A stretch of DNA of 64,000 bases from a virus (lineage: Duplodnaviria > Caudoviricetes). Below the pieces are notes generated by a model that had not been told where the DNA came from, ran no database searches, and worked only from the letters and a program-made list of their open reading frames with translations. Below are positions 15,118-24,404 of this stretch, piece by piece. The DNA lies in IMG/VR virus record IMGVR_UViG_3300026549_000064, positions 21,016 through 85,015 of that record; one strand, 5' to 3'. Made by a program: the position numbers and the translations under genes. Numbering within the stretch: the first letter of the stretch is position 1; each line of letters starts with the position of its first letter.

Positions 15118-18063
15118 TTGCACATGTTTGATGATAAATCGTTACTTATCAGTACTTTAAGAAATCCAGCTAACATAGCAGCTAAAGTTCTCAATGAGAT
15201 TGAGAACAGGCTCAATGGTAAGATTACAATAGCTGATCCTAATGCTCCATTCTGTCATTTACTTGAGTTTGGATCAAGTATAGCTTCGCAGGTTATTAAC
15301 GCTATGGATACAAAGTTTCCGTTACTTTATCCTAAGCGTGCTGAGTCCATGGAAGATTTGTATGCACATATGTCAGATTTCGATTACTTAAGACTATACA
15401 GCACACCTGCTAGAAGTGCTATTCGTTTATATTTACCTAAGAAGTTTTTACTAGACAGTGCGTTAGATTATAACGAAAATTATAAAAAGCTAGTTATACC
15501 AAGTGATACTACATTCTTAGTAGCTAAGTACAATTTTGGTATTTATTATCCGATCGAGATATTGATCAATAACTATACTGGTTCATTTACAGTAGCTTAT
15601 GACACAACCGAGCCTAACCCGTTACATGTTTTGTCTAAAAATGTTATTGACAAATATGAACTTCAGTACATGGGCGTAGATTATTTGATTCTTGATATAC
15701 CAGTATACCAGTTTAGTAAATCTACTATTATCGAAACTATAGTAGCTACTACTGGATTCGTTAAGAGTCTTAATTATAATGATAAATTCTATGCACTTCG
15801 GATTTTTAATTATAAGAATGGTAGGTATACTGAACTAGCACAGACACAGAGCAAAGTTGTTTACGACGCAACTGTACCTACAGTCTATTTTCAGGTACAA
15901 TCTGATAAAAATAAACTCATACTAACAGTACCTCAGGTTTATTTCGATAACGGTATGATGGGAAGTAAACTTCTGATAGAGGTGTATACTACTGTTGGTA
16001 AACTAGATATCGATGTATCAAATATCAACGATACTGATATTGGTGTTACTTATGATAACAATGCGCGTACCGACAGTACGTATACAAATATTTTCAAGAA
16101 TATGCCGTATGATACGATCATACAGCTTAGTGGTGATCGTATCACCGGCGGCTCTAATGCCATTAGTGTTGATACGCTACGTAAGCGTGTAGTTCAGGAT
16201 ACGTTGTATGATAGAGTCCCTATATCTGAGGCTGATCTTGATGTTATGCTTGAAGATAATGGATTCTATGTTCATAAATCTTTAGATAACGTTACCGATC
16301 GTATTTATTACGCCTACAAAGTTATAAGAGATGGTACTGGATCGATAGTTCCGTCTACTACAGTACCACTTAAACTTTTAAGTTCTTACGTTACGGATGG
16401 CAAACATTCTACATTGGTAAATTGTACGGCTGATACGTCGTTAACCATACTTCCCGCTACTATCTACAAATATGATCAAGACGCTAATTGCGCTACTCCG
16501 TTAGAAGATGATGAGCTCAACGCTCTTGTGTCAATGGATAAGGGTGCTTTAGCTAATACTTTGAATACAGCCGGCTACCTTAAAACCCCGTATCATGTGA
16601 GAGTATCATTATCCGGTGAATATCCTAGGGCTGATACGTTTAACTTATCAACGCCGTCAGTAGATAAAGTCATCTTTGTGGAAGACAATTACGAGACTAC
16701 TTATAAGTTAGTTTCGTATGGGGCTACCATTAACCACGATACTGTAGGCTACTATGAAGTATATCTTACTGTATCCGGATCGGATGACGTGATTAGCCTC
16801 TCGACTGATGATATTCTTCTGTACGTGATGGTTAAATCCGAAGATAAATGGGTGGGTACTACTTGCGAATATGTTTCATTCGATGCAAGTACCAAGATGT
16901 ACATCTATAAGTTTATTATACCTACAACGTATCATCTCACTCTGGATAACAAAATAGGTATTACCTATACATCAGACAACGACGATTATAAGAATTATGA
17001 ATATCTTATCGATCTTGTATCTGATTTCCATGTAGTTTACATGGTAGCAAGGACAGCAGTAACTGGTATTTCTGAACCGTCGGATACAATAGTAACTGGA
17101 GTACCTGATCAGTATAAGCAGATGTATATTGGCTTATCTAGGCAGTATTTCACTATCACTTTAGGTAAGAATATCAATAACGTTATTTACAACAATGTTG
17201 AAGTTACCTTAGGTACTAACACTTATGCTAGATATGAGACCAATATCCCGGCCAAGTATACTGAAGATGTTTACGAGCATGATGAAAATGGCTACATTAA
17301 AACATTTACCGATGTAAAAGGTAATATGTATACCAAGAAGATACATGAGGTTGGTGAACCTATTACTGACAGTAATGGTAAAATTAGATATGAGCATATG
17401 ACCGGCGATATTATTCACAATGCAGCTGGCGATCCTGTGCTTGTGTCTGAAGGTTCGGATACCTATTTTGTTACAATGATGTTTATTGACGCTAAGATGT
17501 TCTTCTCGGATAGACAGGCCGAATTGGATTTTCAGAATAATATCTATTCAACGCTTAATTCGTATTTTGATGTTATTACATCCATGCAGGATCAGTTACT
17601 TGAGCGTACTAAACTTTACTTTAGGTGCGTTAAGTCTATCGGTACTGCTAATGTTAACATCGGCGATGGAGCGGTCAGTAAACAAAATATCGAGCTTAGC
17701 TTCCGTATTGTTTGCTATGTTCCGTCTTATGTTAAGCAGAATGAAACTATACAGAAACAAATTACTGAGATGCTTTGTACCTTTATCGAAGAGGCTATTG
17801 AGAGTAAGACAATTTCAATGCTTGATATTTTCGAGAAGGTTAAGGAGCGTGTCAGTGACTATGTAGATCATTTTGATTTGCTTGGTATTAACGATAATGT
17901 TGCTCTGCAGACTTTTGTGGTAACAGATGATGATAGTCAGCCGTCTATTCGTAGACAGCTTGTTCTTACTGAGGATAACATCCTTTCGCTGCGTAAACAG
18001 GTTGATGTAACTTATGTTACTCTTAATCCGAATACGTTAGCGTCAAGTACATATTCTTCTTAA
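15118..18063 (+). CDS. Large baseplate/virion structural protein (phiKZ gp87-like, 981 aa)
   Basis: Size, synteny and motifs (LYAHMSDFDY, GGSNAISVDTLRKRV). Confidence 0.6.
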   Translation: MHMFDDKSLLISTLRNPANIAAKVLNEIENRLNGKITIADPNAPFCHLLEFGSSIASQVINAMDTKFPLLYPKRAESMEDLYAHMSDFDYLRLYSTPARSAIRLYLPKKFLLDSALDYNENYKKLVIPSDTTFLVAKYNFGIYYPIEILINNYTGSFTVAYDTTEPNPLHVLSKNVIDKYELQYMGVDYLILDIPVYQFSKSTIIETIVATTGFVKSLNYNDKFYALRIFNYKNGRYTELAQTQSKVVYDATVPTVYFQVQSDKNKLILTVPQVYFDNGMMGSKLLIEVYTTVGKLDIDVSNINDTDIGVTYDNNARTDSTYTNIFKNMPYDTIIQLSGDRITGGSNAISVDTLRKRVVQDTLYDRVPISEADLDVMLEDNGFYVHKSLDNVTDRIYYAYKVIRDGTGSIVPSTTVPLKLLSSYVTDGKHSTLVNCTADTSLTILPATIYKYDQDANCATPLEDDELNALVSMDKGALANTLNTAGYLKTPYHVRVSLSGEYPRADTFNLSTPSVDKVIFVEDNYETTYKLVSYGATINHDTVGYYEVYLTVSGSDDVISLSTDDILLYVMVKSEDKWVGTTCEYVSFDASTKMYIYKFIIPTTYHLTLDNKIGITYTSDNDDYKNYEYLIDLVSDFHVVYMVARTAVTGISEPSDTIVTGVPDQYKQMYIGLSRQYFTITLGKNINNVIYNNVEVTLGTNTYARYETNIPAKYTEDVYEHDENGYIKTFTDVKGNMYTKKIHEVGEPITDSNGKIRYEHMTGDIIHNAAGDPVLVSEGSDTYFVTMMFIDAKMFFSDRQAELDFQNNIYSTLNSYFDVITSMQDQLLERTKLYFRCVKSIGTANVNIGDGAVSKQNIELSFRIVCYVPSYVKQNETIQKQITEMLCTFIEEAIESKTISMLDIFEKVKERVSDYVDHFDLLGINDNVALQTFVVTDDDSQPSIRRQLVLTEDNILSLRKQVDVTYVTLNPNTLASSTYSS

Positions 18064-18079
18064 AAAATAAAAGTTAGAT

Positions 18080-18111
18080 AGAAGCAGTACTCCCTAGGGA
18101 GTACTGCTTCT
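18080..18111. terminator. Palindromic bidirectional terminator
   Basis: agaagcagtactccctagggagtactgcttct, between converging units. Confidence 0.6.
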
Positions 18112-18121
18112 TTATAGTTTT

Positions 18122-18342
18122 GAAAAAAAAATAGAGGATATTGCTACCCCCTATTCCCTGACGTGCAGATTTCTCTATACGTCGTTGATAGCTATGCATA
18201 GCCTGGCTGGGAACTGATAGCTAAACTATCTTCATCCGCCGTTGGCCGTAGCAGTGGCTATCTATAAGAGAACCGCTTCTGCAGTCGGGCATGCTCGTTT
18301 GGCCTCGTCCGGCTTTTTAGCATTCAGCTGGCGTTCTCATCT
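18122..18342 (-). ncRNA. Candidate ~220-nt early structured ncRNA
   Basis: Own early promoter (18345) and own GNRA-capped terminator; several stems; no convincing ORF. Confidence 0.55.
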
Positions 18343-18344
18343 TA

Positions 18345-18354
18345 ATGATATATA
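18345..18354 (-). promoter_or_regulatory. Early promoter variant TATATATCAT
   Basis: Motif identical to the sites at 2801, 12343 and 41728. Confidence 0.55.
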
Positions 18355-18380
18355 TCTGATTATATTTGATAGACGTCGAC

Positions 18381-20027
18381 TTAGAAAATAATATCATTGA
18401 TAGCCTGAATAGCCATCTTAGTAGCTACAGTGCTATCTACCATTTTCAAATCTTCTTCATCCACACCATCGGCTTCATGCTGATTCATAACTTCGGCAGC
18501 AGCTTCACTAAACATACGGTTGATGCTTTTCAGTTTGCTGTTAGGATATTTGATATCGATGATGAAGTCATAGAGCAAACCTTGCAGATTTTGATCAGAG
18601 TTAGCTTGCATATTGTGCAGAAGTCTTTGCACAGTAGAGGTATCATGACCTCTGACAAAATCGGTTCTAGTTAGCCCTTTAGGAATGTAGCTATCGTCAA
18701 GCGATTCTAGATAAGCGTGAAGTGTCTGCTCAGTAGCTATCTGCTTGGCTTTATTTTGATAGCGAACCATGTTCGCTTGCATTTCTAATTGTTTGGCTCT
18801 AACTATCTCAGCGGCTCTATCTTTGTAGAGACGAATGTCGGATGCTTTGATACCGAGAGTGGGAATACTGTCATCGTTACTCTTGCAGAATCCATCGTAA
18901 TAAACATTCATAGCCGCTTCAGTAACAGGGTTACCTTCTTCAGCTTCTTTCTCTTCGACATCAGGGTTGACTACGCCGCTATCCATGAGAATGGTGTTAT
19001 TCTCGTAAAGCTTTTTGCGTAACGAAGCCATAGCGTAAGCACCGATTTCAAAATTCATAAGAACTGTATCCATATTCTTATGCAGCTTGTTGAAATCGTT
19101 ATCGTTTACGTTGAGTTCTGTTTTCTTAAAAGCTTTGAGAATAGGAAGATATTTTCTTACTCCTTGAGTAAAACTTAAGATAGATTTACCGTATCTTCTA
19201 TTCTTTAGATCTTTAAGATAAAGCTTGTACATGAAGTTATGCATGTGATAATTACTGGTGATAACTTTGTACATTTCAGCGGTTGCTTCTTTTATTTCTT
19301 CCTCTTGATCTTCCGGGATAGAAATGTTCTCGGCTACACGATTTTGTACATCGTTAGCGGTTTCTTTATCCAGATCAATATCCTCTTCATTGTTATTGAC
19401 ACTATCTCCAACGGCAATAGCATCGTCAACAGTGAGCGTAGGAGTCATCTTGGTGTAATCTTTAATATTATTCTTGACAATCTCTGCACCACCAAACCTA
19501 TTGAGTAGCGCATCCCACTTAACTCGGGTTAAGCTGAGTTCTTTTTTCTGCTGCTTATCGTTAGGTTTTGCATTCTTGTTTTTCTTATCCGGAGTATTCT
19601 CAGCTTCGGTGCTATTCTGATTCCGGATAACCTGTTCAGCTTTGTTATCTATTTTCTTCTCTACGTGATTAGCTTCTTTAGCGATTTCACCGCTTAGCGT
19701 AGAAAACGCTGTACAGATGTTTCCGCCGATAGCTCTGGTTACTTCATTAACTACCTTAAAGCAAGGCTGTAAATTAGTACTCTTCTTAGCGCGATTGTAA
19801 GCATCGGTTACACGCTTAACGATAAGAGCAGATCTCTTTCGGCTATCAGTAAAGCCAGCTAAATCTTTATCGCTAAGATTGAGATTACGTAAAGTACTGT
19901 TGACAATTACCTCAAGAGCTGTTTTCAACTGAGGATCGTTGGTTTTAACTTGAGTGTCGCTGAGCTTTTCGATGTCGTTACTGAGCATCTCGCCATAGAC
20001 GCCGCTATCGATTTCTTCTATGTTCAT
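18381..20027 (-). CDS. Hypothetical protein (548 aa)
   Basis: Long ORF with a GGAG SD; no confident family assignment. Confidence 0.8.
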   Translation of the reverse strand: MNIEEIDSGVYGEMLSNDIEKLSDTQVKTNDPQLKTALEVIVNSTLRNLNLSDKDLAGFTDSRKRSALIVKRVTDAYNRAKKSTNLQPCFKVVNEVTRAIGGNICTAFSTLSGEIAKEANHVEKKIDNKAEQVIRNQNSTEAENTPDKKNKNAKPNDKQQKKELSLTRVKWDALLNRFGGAEIVKNNIKDYTKMTPTLTVDDAIAVGDSVNNNEEDIDLDKETANDVQNRVAENISIPEDQEEEIKEATAEMYKVITSNYHMHNFMYKLYLKDLKNRRYGKSILSFTQGVRKYLPILKAFKKTELNVNDNDFNKLHKNMDTVLMNFEIGAYAMASLRKKLYENNTILMDSGVVNPDVEEKEAEEGNPVTEAAMNVYYDGFCKSNDDSIPTLGIKASDIRLYKDRAAEIVRAKQLEMQANMVRYQNKAKQIATEQTLHAYLESLDDSYIPKGLTRTDFVRGHDTSTVQRLLHNMQANSDQNLQGLLYDFIIDIKYPNSKLKSINRMFSEAAAEVMNQHEADGVDEEDLKMVDSTVATKMAIQAINDIIF

Positions 20028-20206
20028 TAACGTTTATCTCCCTTAGCATCTTTGTTGGAAGTTACGCAATCGTAAATCATAGCCGATAGCGAGGTCTTGT
20101 TGACGCTGTTAGACGCGCCTACACTAGAAATAGCGGATCTTGTTAGATCGCACTTGATTAAATAAGCTAGTGTACGGTTAACTAGCTTTTCGGTTTTTGA
20201 TTCCAT
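20027..20206 (-). CDS. Small hypothetical protein (59 aa, MESKTEKLV...; not in the ORF track)
   Basis: AGGA SD; TAATG overlap with the next gene. Confidence 0.55.
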   Translation of the reverse strand: MESKTEKLVNRTLAYLIKCDLTRSAISSVGASNSVNKTSLSAMIYDCVTSNKDAKGDKR

Positions 20207-20310
20207 GATTTCATCCTATTTAGTATAAACAATGCGCATTTGTATACAATAGTCGGATTTTGGACTACATGCTATAAAATAGACTTTCGTTATACATAGT
20301 ACAAGGTATA

Positions 20311-21969
20311 TTGCATATGAAGCAGTCGACTATGAGAGCTTTGTTTGATCTGGAAAACAAAGAGAATGAAAAAATTCAATCATTTTCAGAAACCCCAGCT
20401 GTTTCTGTTAAACCAAAAGAAGTTACTGAAGCTGAGGACGAAATAAAAGATGTAGAAGATACTGATAAAGAGGATGATAAACAATATCGCGAAGAGCATA
20501 ACGATGCTGATACTTCTGAAGAAGCTGATGCAGAGGCTTCTTCAGATATCGGAGATTCGGAAAGCTCAGATGAAGATGCTGAATCCGAAGACGATGATAG
20601 CACAGCAAGTATTTCTGAAGATTTGAATGCTACTGATGAAGATGACGATAATGATAAAAGTAAATTAGCTAAGATGTTTGACAGAATGTCGGTCAATGAA
20701 ATTCTTCATTATCGAATGATAACAATGGAGTACGGTACACAAGCTGGATCTGCAGATCCTGGCTGCATTGGTTGTTCTCGTGGTACAGCTGATGCTGCAG
20801 ACGCCGTTATTATTGATAGTGAAATAGAGCCAGCTGATTCTACAGAACCTGATACTGGTGAAGGAGACGATAGTGGAGAAGGCGGTGATACTGATGATAT
20901 GGGCGGATCTGATGATTCACTTGGCGGGCTAGATGAAGCTGCAGGCGCTGGCGGTGAAGGTGGTGGCGATACTGGTGGATCGAAAGATAATGCTGGTGCC
21001 GGTGCGGCAGATACTTCCGGTGGAGATAATGCAGGTACTCAGGGAACAGAATCGCTGTATGCTAAATTGTCATGTGTTTATGATGACTACCGTCCTAAAA
21101 AGCTTCGCAGATATAGATTAGGATTGGAAGAGTATGTCCCTACATTGCACGATCCCTCGTCGGTGGATTACGGCATTGGTGGATTTTTCAAAGACATTGG
21201 CTCGGTAATCAGTGACGCAAGTAGTGCTGTAGTAAAAGGTGTTAAAGCAACTATACCGGTAATTAAGAAATGTGCTAACCGTTTGGGAATTTTGGGTAAA
21301 CGAGCAGGTAAAGAATTAGCGACTATTAAAACTTTAGCTAAATTTTATCGTTGGAAACTTAAGAAATATCTGAGTTACATTAACGAAGATAAACTTAAGA
21401 CGATGAAAATTGAAGCATTCCCCGGTAAAGTATGGAGCGCTTTAAGTAGAGGTTGTGCTGATATTTCTAAACAGCTTGATGCTATTGACGGGCCTAAGCT
21501 TGATGGCCCTGATTTTAAGAAAATACAAAGTATTCTTATTGTTAAGTTTAAGAAAATCGGTATAAACATAGCAGCATCCGATTCAGCTAATAAATTTGCT
21601 GGACTCAATAAGCTTCGTCGTGGCGGAACCATTTATCAGCTAGGCTATGGGCCTGATGCTGTTGTTGGGTATTTTAAGGAATTAGAGTATCTTGGTGAAA
21701 TAGCTTCGCCTGAACGTGCTAAGCATTTTGCTGATATGTTCTCGTCACTTAAAAACTCTATCACGAAGTTAGTGTCTAGTGATAAAAAAGGATCCGAGAT
21801 TCACGCAGCAAGATTTTCATTTGTATCTATGTGCCGTGAAACGTTAGTTGATGTTTGTGGCGAATTAGTTAGTGATCTTGAACACGTTGCTTCGTCTTAC
21901 GAGGTTTGCATGGATACCGAGCGTGGCGATAAAGAAATGGACAAAGCTGACGGTGCAGAAGAGGACTAG
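20311..21969 (+). CDS. Putative head protein with a long acidic Asp/Glu/Gly-rich propeptide
   Basis: Low-complexity acidic N-terminal half followed by S/A/G-x-E sites (GTE, GLE) typical of phiKZ-type head maturation. Confidence 0.5.
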   Translation: MHMKQSTMRALFDLENKENEKIQSFSETPAVSVKPKEVTEAEDEIKDVEDTDKEDDKQYREEHNDADTSEEADAEASSDIGDSESSDEDAESEDDDSTASISEDLNATDEDDDNDKSKLAKMFDRMSVNEILHYRMITMEYGTQAGSADPGCIGCSRGTADAADAVIIDSEIEPADSTEPDTGEGDDSGEGGDTDDMGGSDDSLGGLDEAAGAGGEGGGDTGGSKDNAGAGAADTSGGDNAGTQGTESLYAKLSCVYDDYRPKKLRRYRLGLEEYVPTLHDPSSVDYGIGGFFKDIGSVISDASSAVVKGVKATIPVIKKCANRLGILGKRAGKELATIKTLAKFYRWKLKKYLSYINEDKLKTMKIEAFPGKVWSALSRGCADISKQLDAIDGPKLDGPDFKKIQSILIVKFKKIGINIAASDSANKFAGLNKLRRGGTIYQLGYGPDAVVGYFKELEYLGEIASPERAKHFADMFSSLKNSITKLVSSDKKGSEIHAARFSFVSMCRETLVDVCGELVSDLEHVASSYEVCMDTERGDKEMDKADGAEED

Positions 21970-22026
21970 TATAGGTCTAGTTTAATGGACAGCAGAGCCT
22001 CGTTATGAGGCTCTGCTGCTTTATGA

Positions 22027-24291
22027 CTATTTTTTCGATATAGATGTACGTGGATAGAGCTGAGTAACGCCTGCAACAATATTCCATTGTGAGACGGAAT
22101 AACTGTAGTACGACGGGTTGAATATTTTATTCTTAGCACGCTGTGCTGCATATTGCAAATTTCTTCTGAATCTACTGAACATAGAAATACGTTCAAAAAG
22201 TCCTACGCCGGACAATGTCCTTAGGTATTCGTTAAAAGTACTGTCGTTAGTAAATAGTGAATTGAAAGTGCTGGTATTAAACGATAGATACATAATAGGC
22301 GACATATCCTTAATGGATAGCGATACATCTATACATAACGGTATGTTATCGTACGTCCAGCCAAATTCACTGTCTCCACGTTTAATAGATAAGCTATCTA
22401 TTATTCCCATAGGTACTGCAAACATGCCTTTGCAATAAATACGGCATAGGAATGGCTGCGTGTATGAGTTTTCGCCAGAACCACGGGGCAGAGTGCCAGC
22501 TAATAAACAAGCTAGCGGAACTATTATTGATTGGTAGATACTGACAGCATCTCCGTATGGAGATCTCAGCTGTAATGTTAGTGAATGACTTTTATTAAAA
22601 TCAGATCCGCTATATTGTTCTGGTATATCTATCCACGATCCTTGCATAAGTGCTTGACCGAGATCTGTTATGCCGAATACATCAATAGCGTTAAAAGCAT
22701 CGATGGCTCCGCCGATAAACCCAGCAACAGCTCCGAAGAATTTATTTATTATACCTTCGCTGCTTGATTGGCCAGAACTACCGGGCTGCGCTAGATCATT
22801 TTTAACGCGCATAACTGATGATACTTTTTCGTTATACGCTCTGGCAAATGCCGATTCTTGAGTAGAATTACTGAATGATTCTGATGCATCTGTACTGTTG
22901 GTTATACGGAATCCAATAAATTCACTAGCTCCTAATGCCGATGATAAAAAGGAATCAGCCCAATCTTTAGGTTCTGCGGAGAAAATGGATGTACTTTCTT
23001 TATTGATGAATTCATCTAAATAATTACTTTCCAGTTTTTCGGTTTTTTGTTCAATGTCATATTGTTTTTGTGCAGCAGCATATTTGTCTCCTCCGTTTTC
23101 AGCGCTCTGTTCAGCTTCGTCACTTTCTTGATTGAGTTTAGCTACTTCTTTTTGCATAGCAATTTTTTTATTAAAAGCTATGCTTGAACTATGGGCTTGT
23201 TCTTCTCCTGCAGTCTCTTTATCAATTTGAAAATATTTTGCTGCTTCCCTAAATGATAATTCGTCACTGGCTTCGGAAGTGGAACCTTTGCCATACATAC
23301 CAGGTATCTGGCGTAGCGAATCGTCGTGCTCTGCGTAGTATTCGCTTAAAGTATCTCCGCCGTAGGCTTTATATGCAGTTAGACCTTGGGTTAAATTTGT
23401 AGAGTTTCTGGTTGCGGTCATAGCTCTTCTACGTAATATATCCCAAATACTAGCACCGGTATAGGTCAGTGCATCTGGAACGTAATCGGCTCCACTACTA
23501 TGACCGGATGGCCCGTTGTTGTATAGACCCGCGCTTACAAGCCAGTGAGCAAGAATACTATCTACGTAATCGTAATATAACTGCATAGTAGAACGCAGCT
23601 CGTAGAATCTATTAACCGGATATTTCTTGGACTCTTTACCTACTCGATTAAAGAATGCTAGTCCTGCGGTTACAAATATAGGTAAAAAACATAGGCTAAA
23701 GTACAATGTTCCAATCGTTCCGAAGATACGGCCTAGCTTAACACCTGGCCCAGCTATAGCGTTGTTATTTAATCCGATTAGACCCGGATCAAATGCTGTC
23801 TGATAGAATCTTCCTAAATTTGTAAAATACGGTATGCCAAACGTGAACCAGCAAATTTGCTGATTGAATTGAGTAGTCGCCGCATATACACGTCCCATTC
23901 CTGAACTGTCGAAATTGTTTTTATCACCGGTAGTTACATTTACCGGGTGAACAATGTCGTCATCTCGGTTAAATTGCCATAAGCAGTTGATAGCATCATT
24001 GCCACCCACTCTAGTATCCTGATAATATGGATTTTTCAATACAGTATTGGCTAAAGCTAAATCTTTACCTGAGCTTTCTCCAACTAGACCGTAGAATTGT
24101 AGAGCATTTTTCTCTCCGCCTTCAGCTCCTTCGTAGTCGTTAGATTTGAATTTGAGCTGATCTTCAACGGTTGAGAACTCATCGCCTAATTTTACTACAT
24201 AGGGCTCCGAGTACCATTTACCACCATCAGTAAGTTTGTCAGGGTTAACTGCTGCTGTATTAGGTTTAGTAGTTTTATTAGTAGTTGCCAT
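22027..24291 (-). CDS. Tail/baseplate hub protein (phiKZ gp182-like)
   Basis: Directly downstream of the giant tail protein; motifs LQLRSPYGD...QSI.VPL..LLAG.LPR and G+IDSLSIKRG. Confidence 0.7.
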   Translation of the reverse strand: MATTNKTTKPNTAAVNPDKLTDGGKWYSEPYVVKLGDEFSTVEDQLKFKSNDYEGAEGGEKNALQFYGLVGESSGKDLALANTVLKNPYYQDTRVGGNDAINCLWQFNRDDDIVHPVNVTTGDKNNFDSSGMGRVYAATTQFNQQICWFTFGIPYFTNLGRFYQTAFDPGLIGLNNNAIAGPGVKLGRIFGTIGTLYFSLCFLPIFVTAGLAFFNRVGKESKKYPVNRFYELRSTMQLYYDYVDSILAHWLVSAGLYNNGPSGHSSGADYVPDALTYTGASIWDILRRRAMTATRNSTNLTQGLTAYKAYGGDTLSEYYAEHDDSLRQIPGMYGKGSTSEASDELSFREAAKYFQIDKETAGEEQAHSSSIAFNKKIAMQKEVAKLNQESDEAEQSAENGGDKYAAAQKQYDIEQKTEKLESNYLDEFINKESTSIFSAEPKDWADSFLSSALGASEFIGFRITNSTDASESFSNSTQESAFARAYNEKVSSVMRVKNDLAQPGSSGQSSSEGIINKFFGAVAGFIGGAIDAFNAIDVFGITDLGQALMQGSWIDIPEQYSGSDFNKSHSLTLQLRSPYGDAVSIYQSIIVPLACLLAGTLPRGSGENSYTQPFLCRIYCKGMFAVPMGIIDSLSIKRGDSEFGWTYDNIPLCIDVSLSIKDMSPIMYLSFNTSTFNSLFTNDSTFNEYLRTLSGVGLFERISMFSRFRRNLQYAAQRAKNKIFNPSYYSYSVSQWNIVAGVTQLYPRTSISKK

Positions 24292-24404
24292 AATGAGTTT
24301 CTCCTACGTGTATTTTCTAAAATATAGTTTACTTGAGCTATAGAGTATATAGCTGTTGAGAAAGTACTGAGGTGCTCCACTGGAGCACCTCAGTACCGAT
24401 TGAC

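Noticed and set aside
18381-20027. Assignment as the nvRNAP gp68-like subunit
   Set aside because: Size is compatible but no motif I can verify; left as hypothetical
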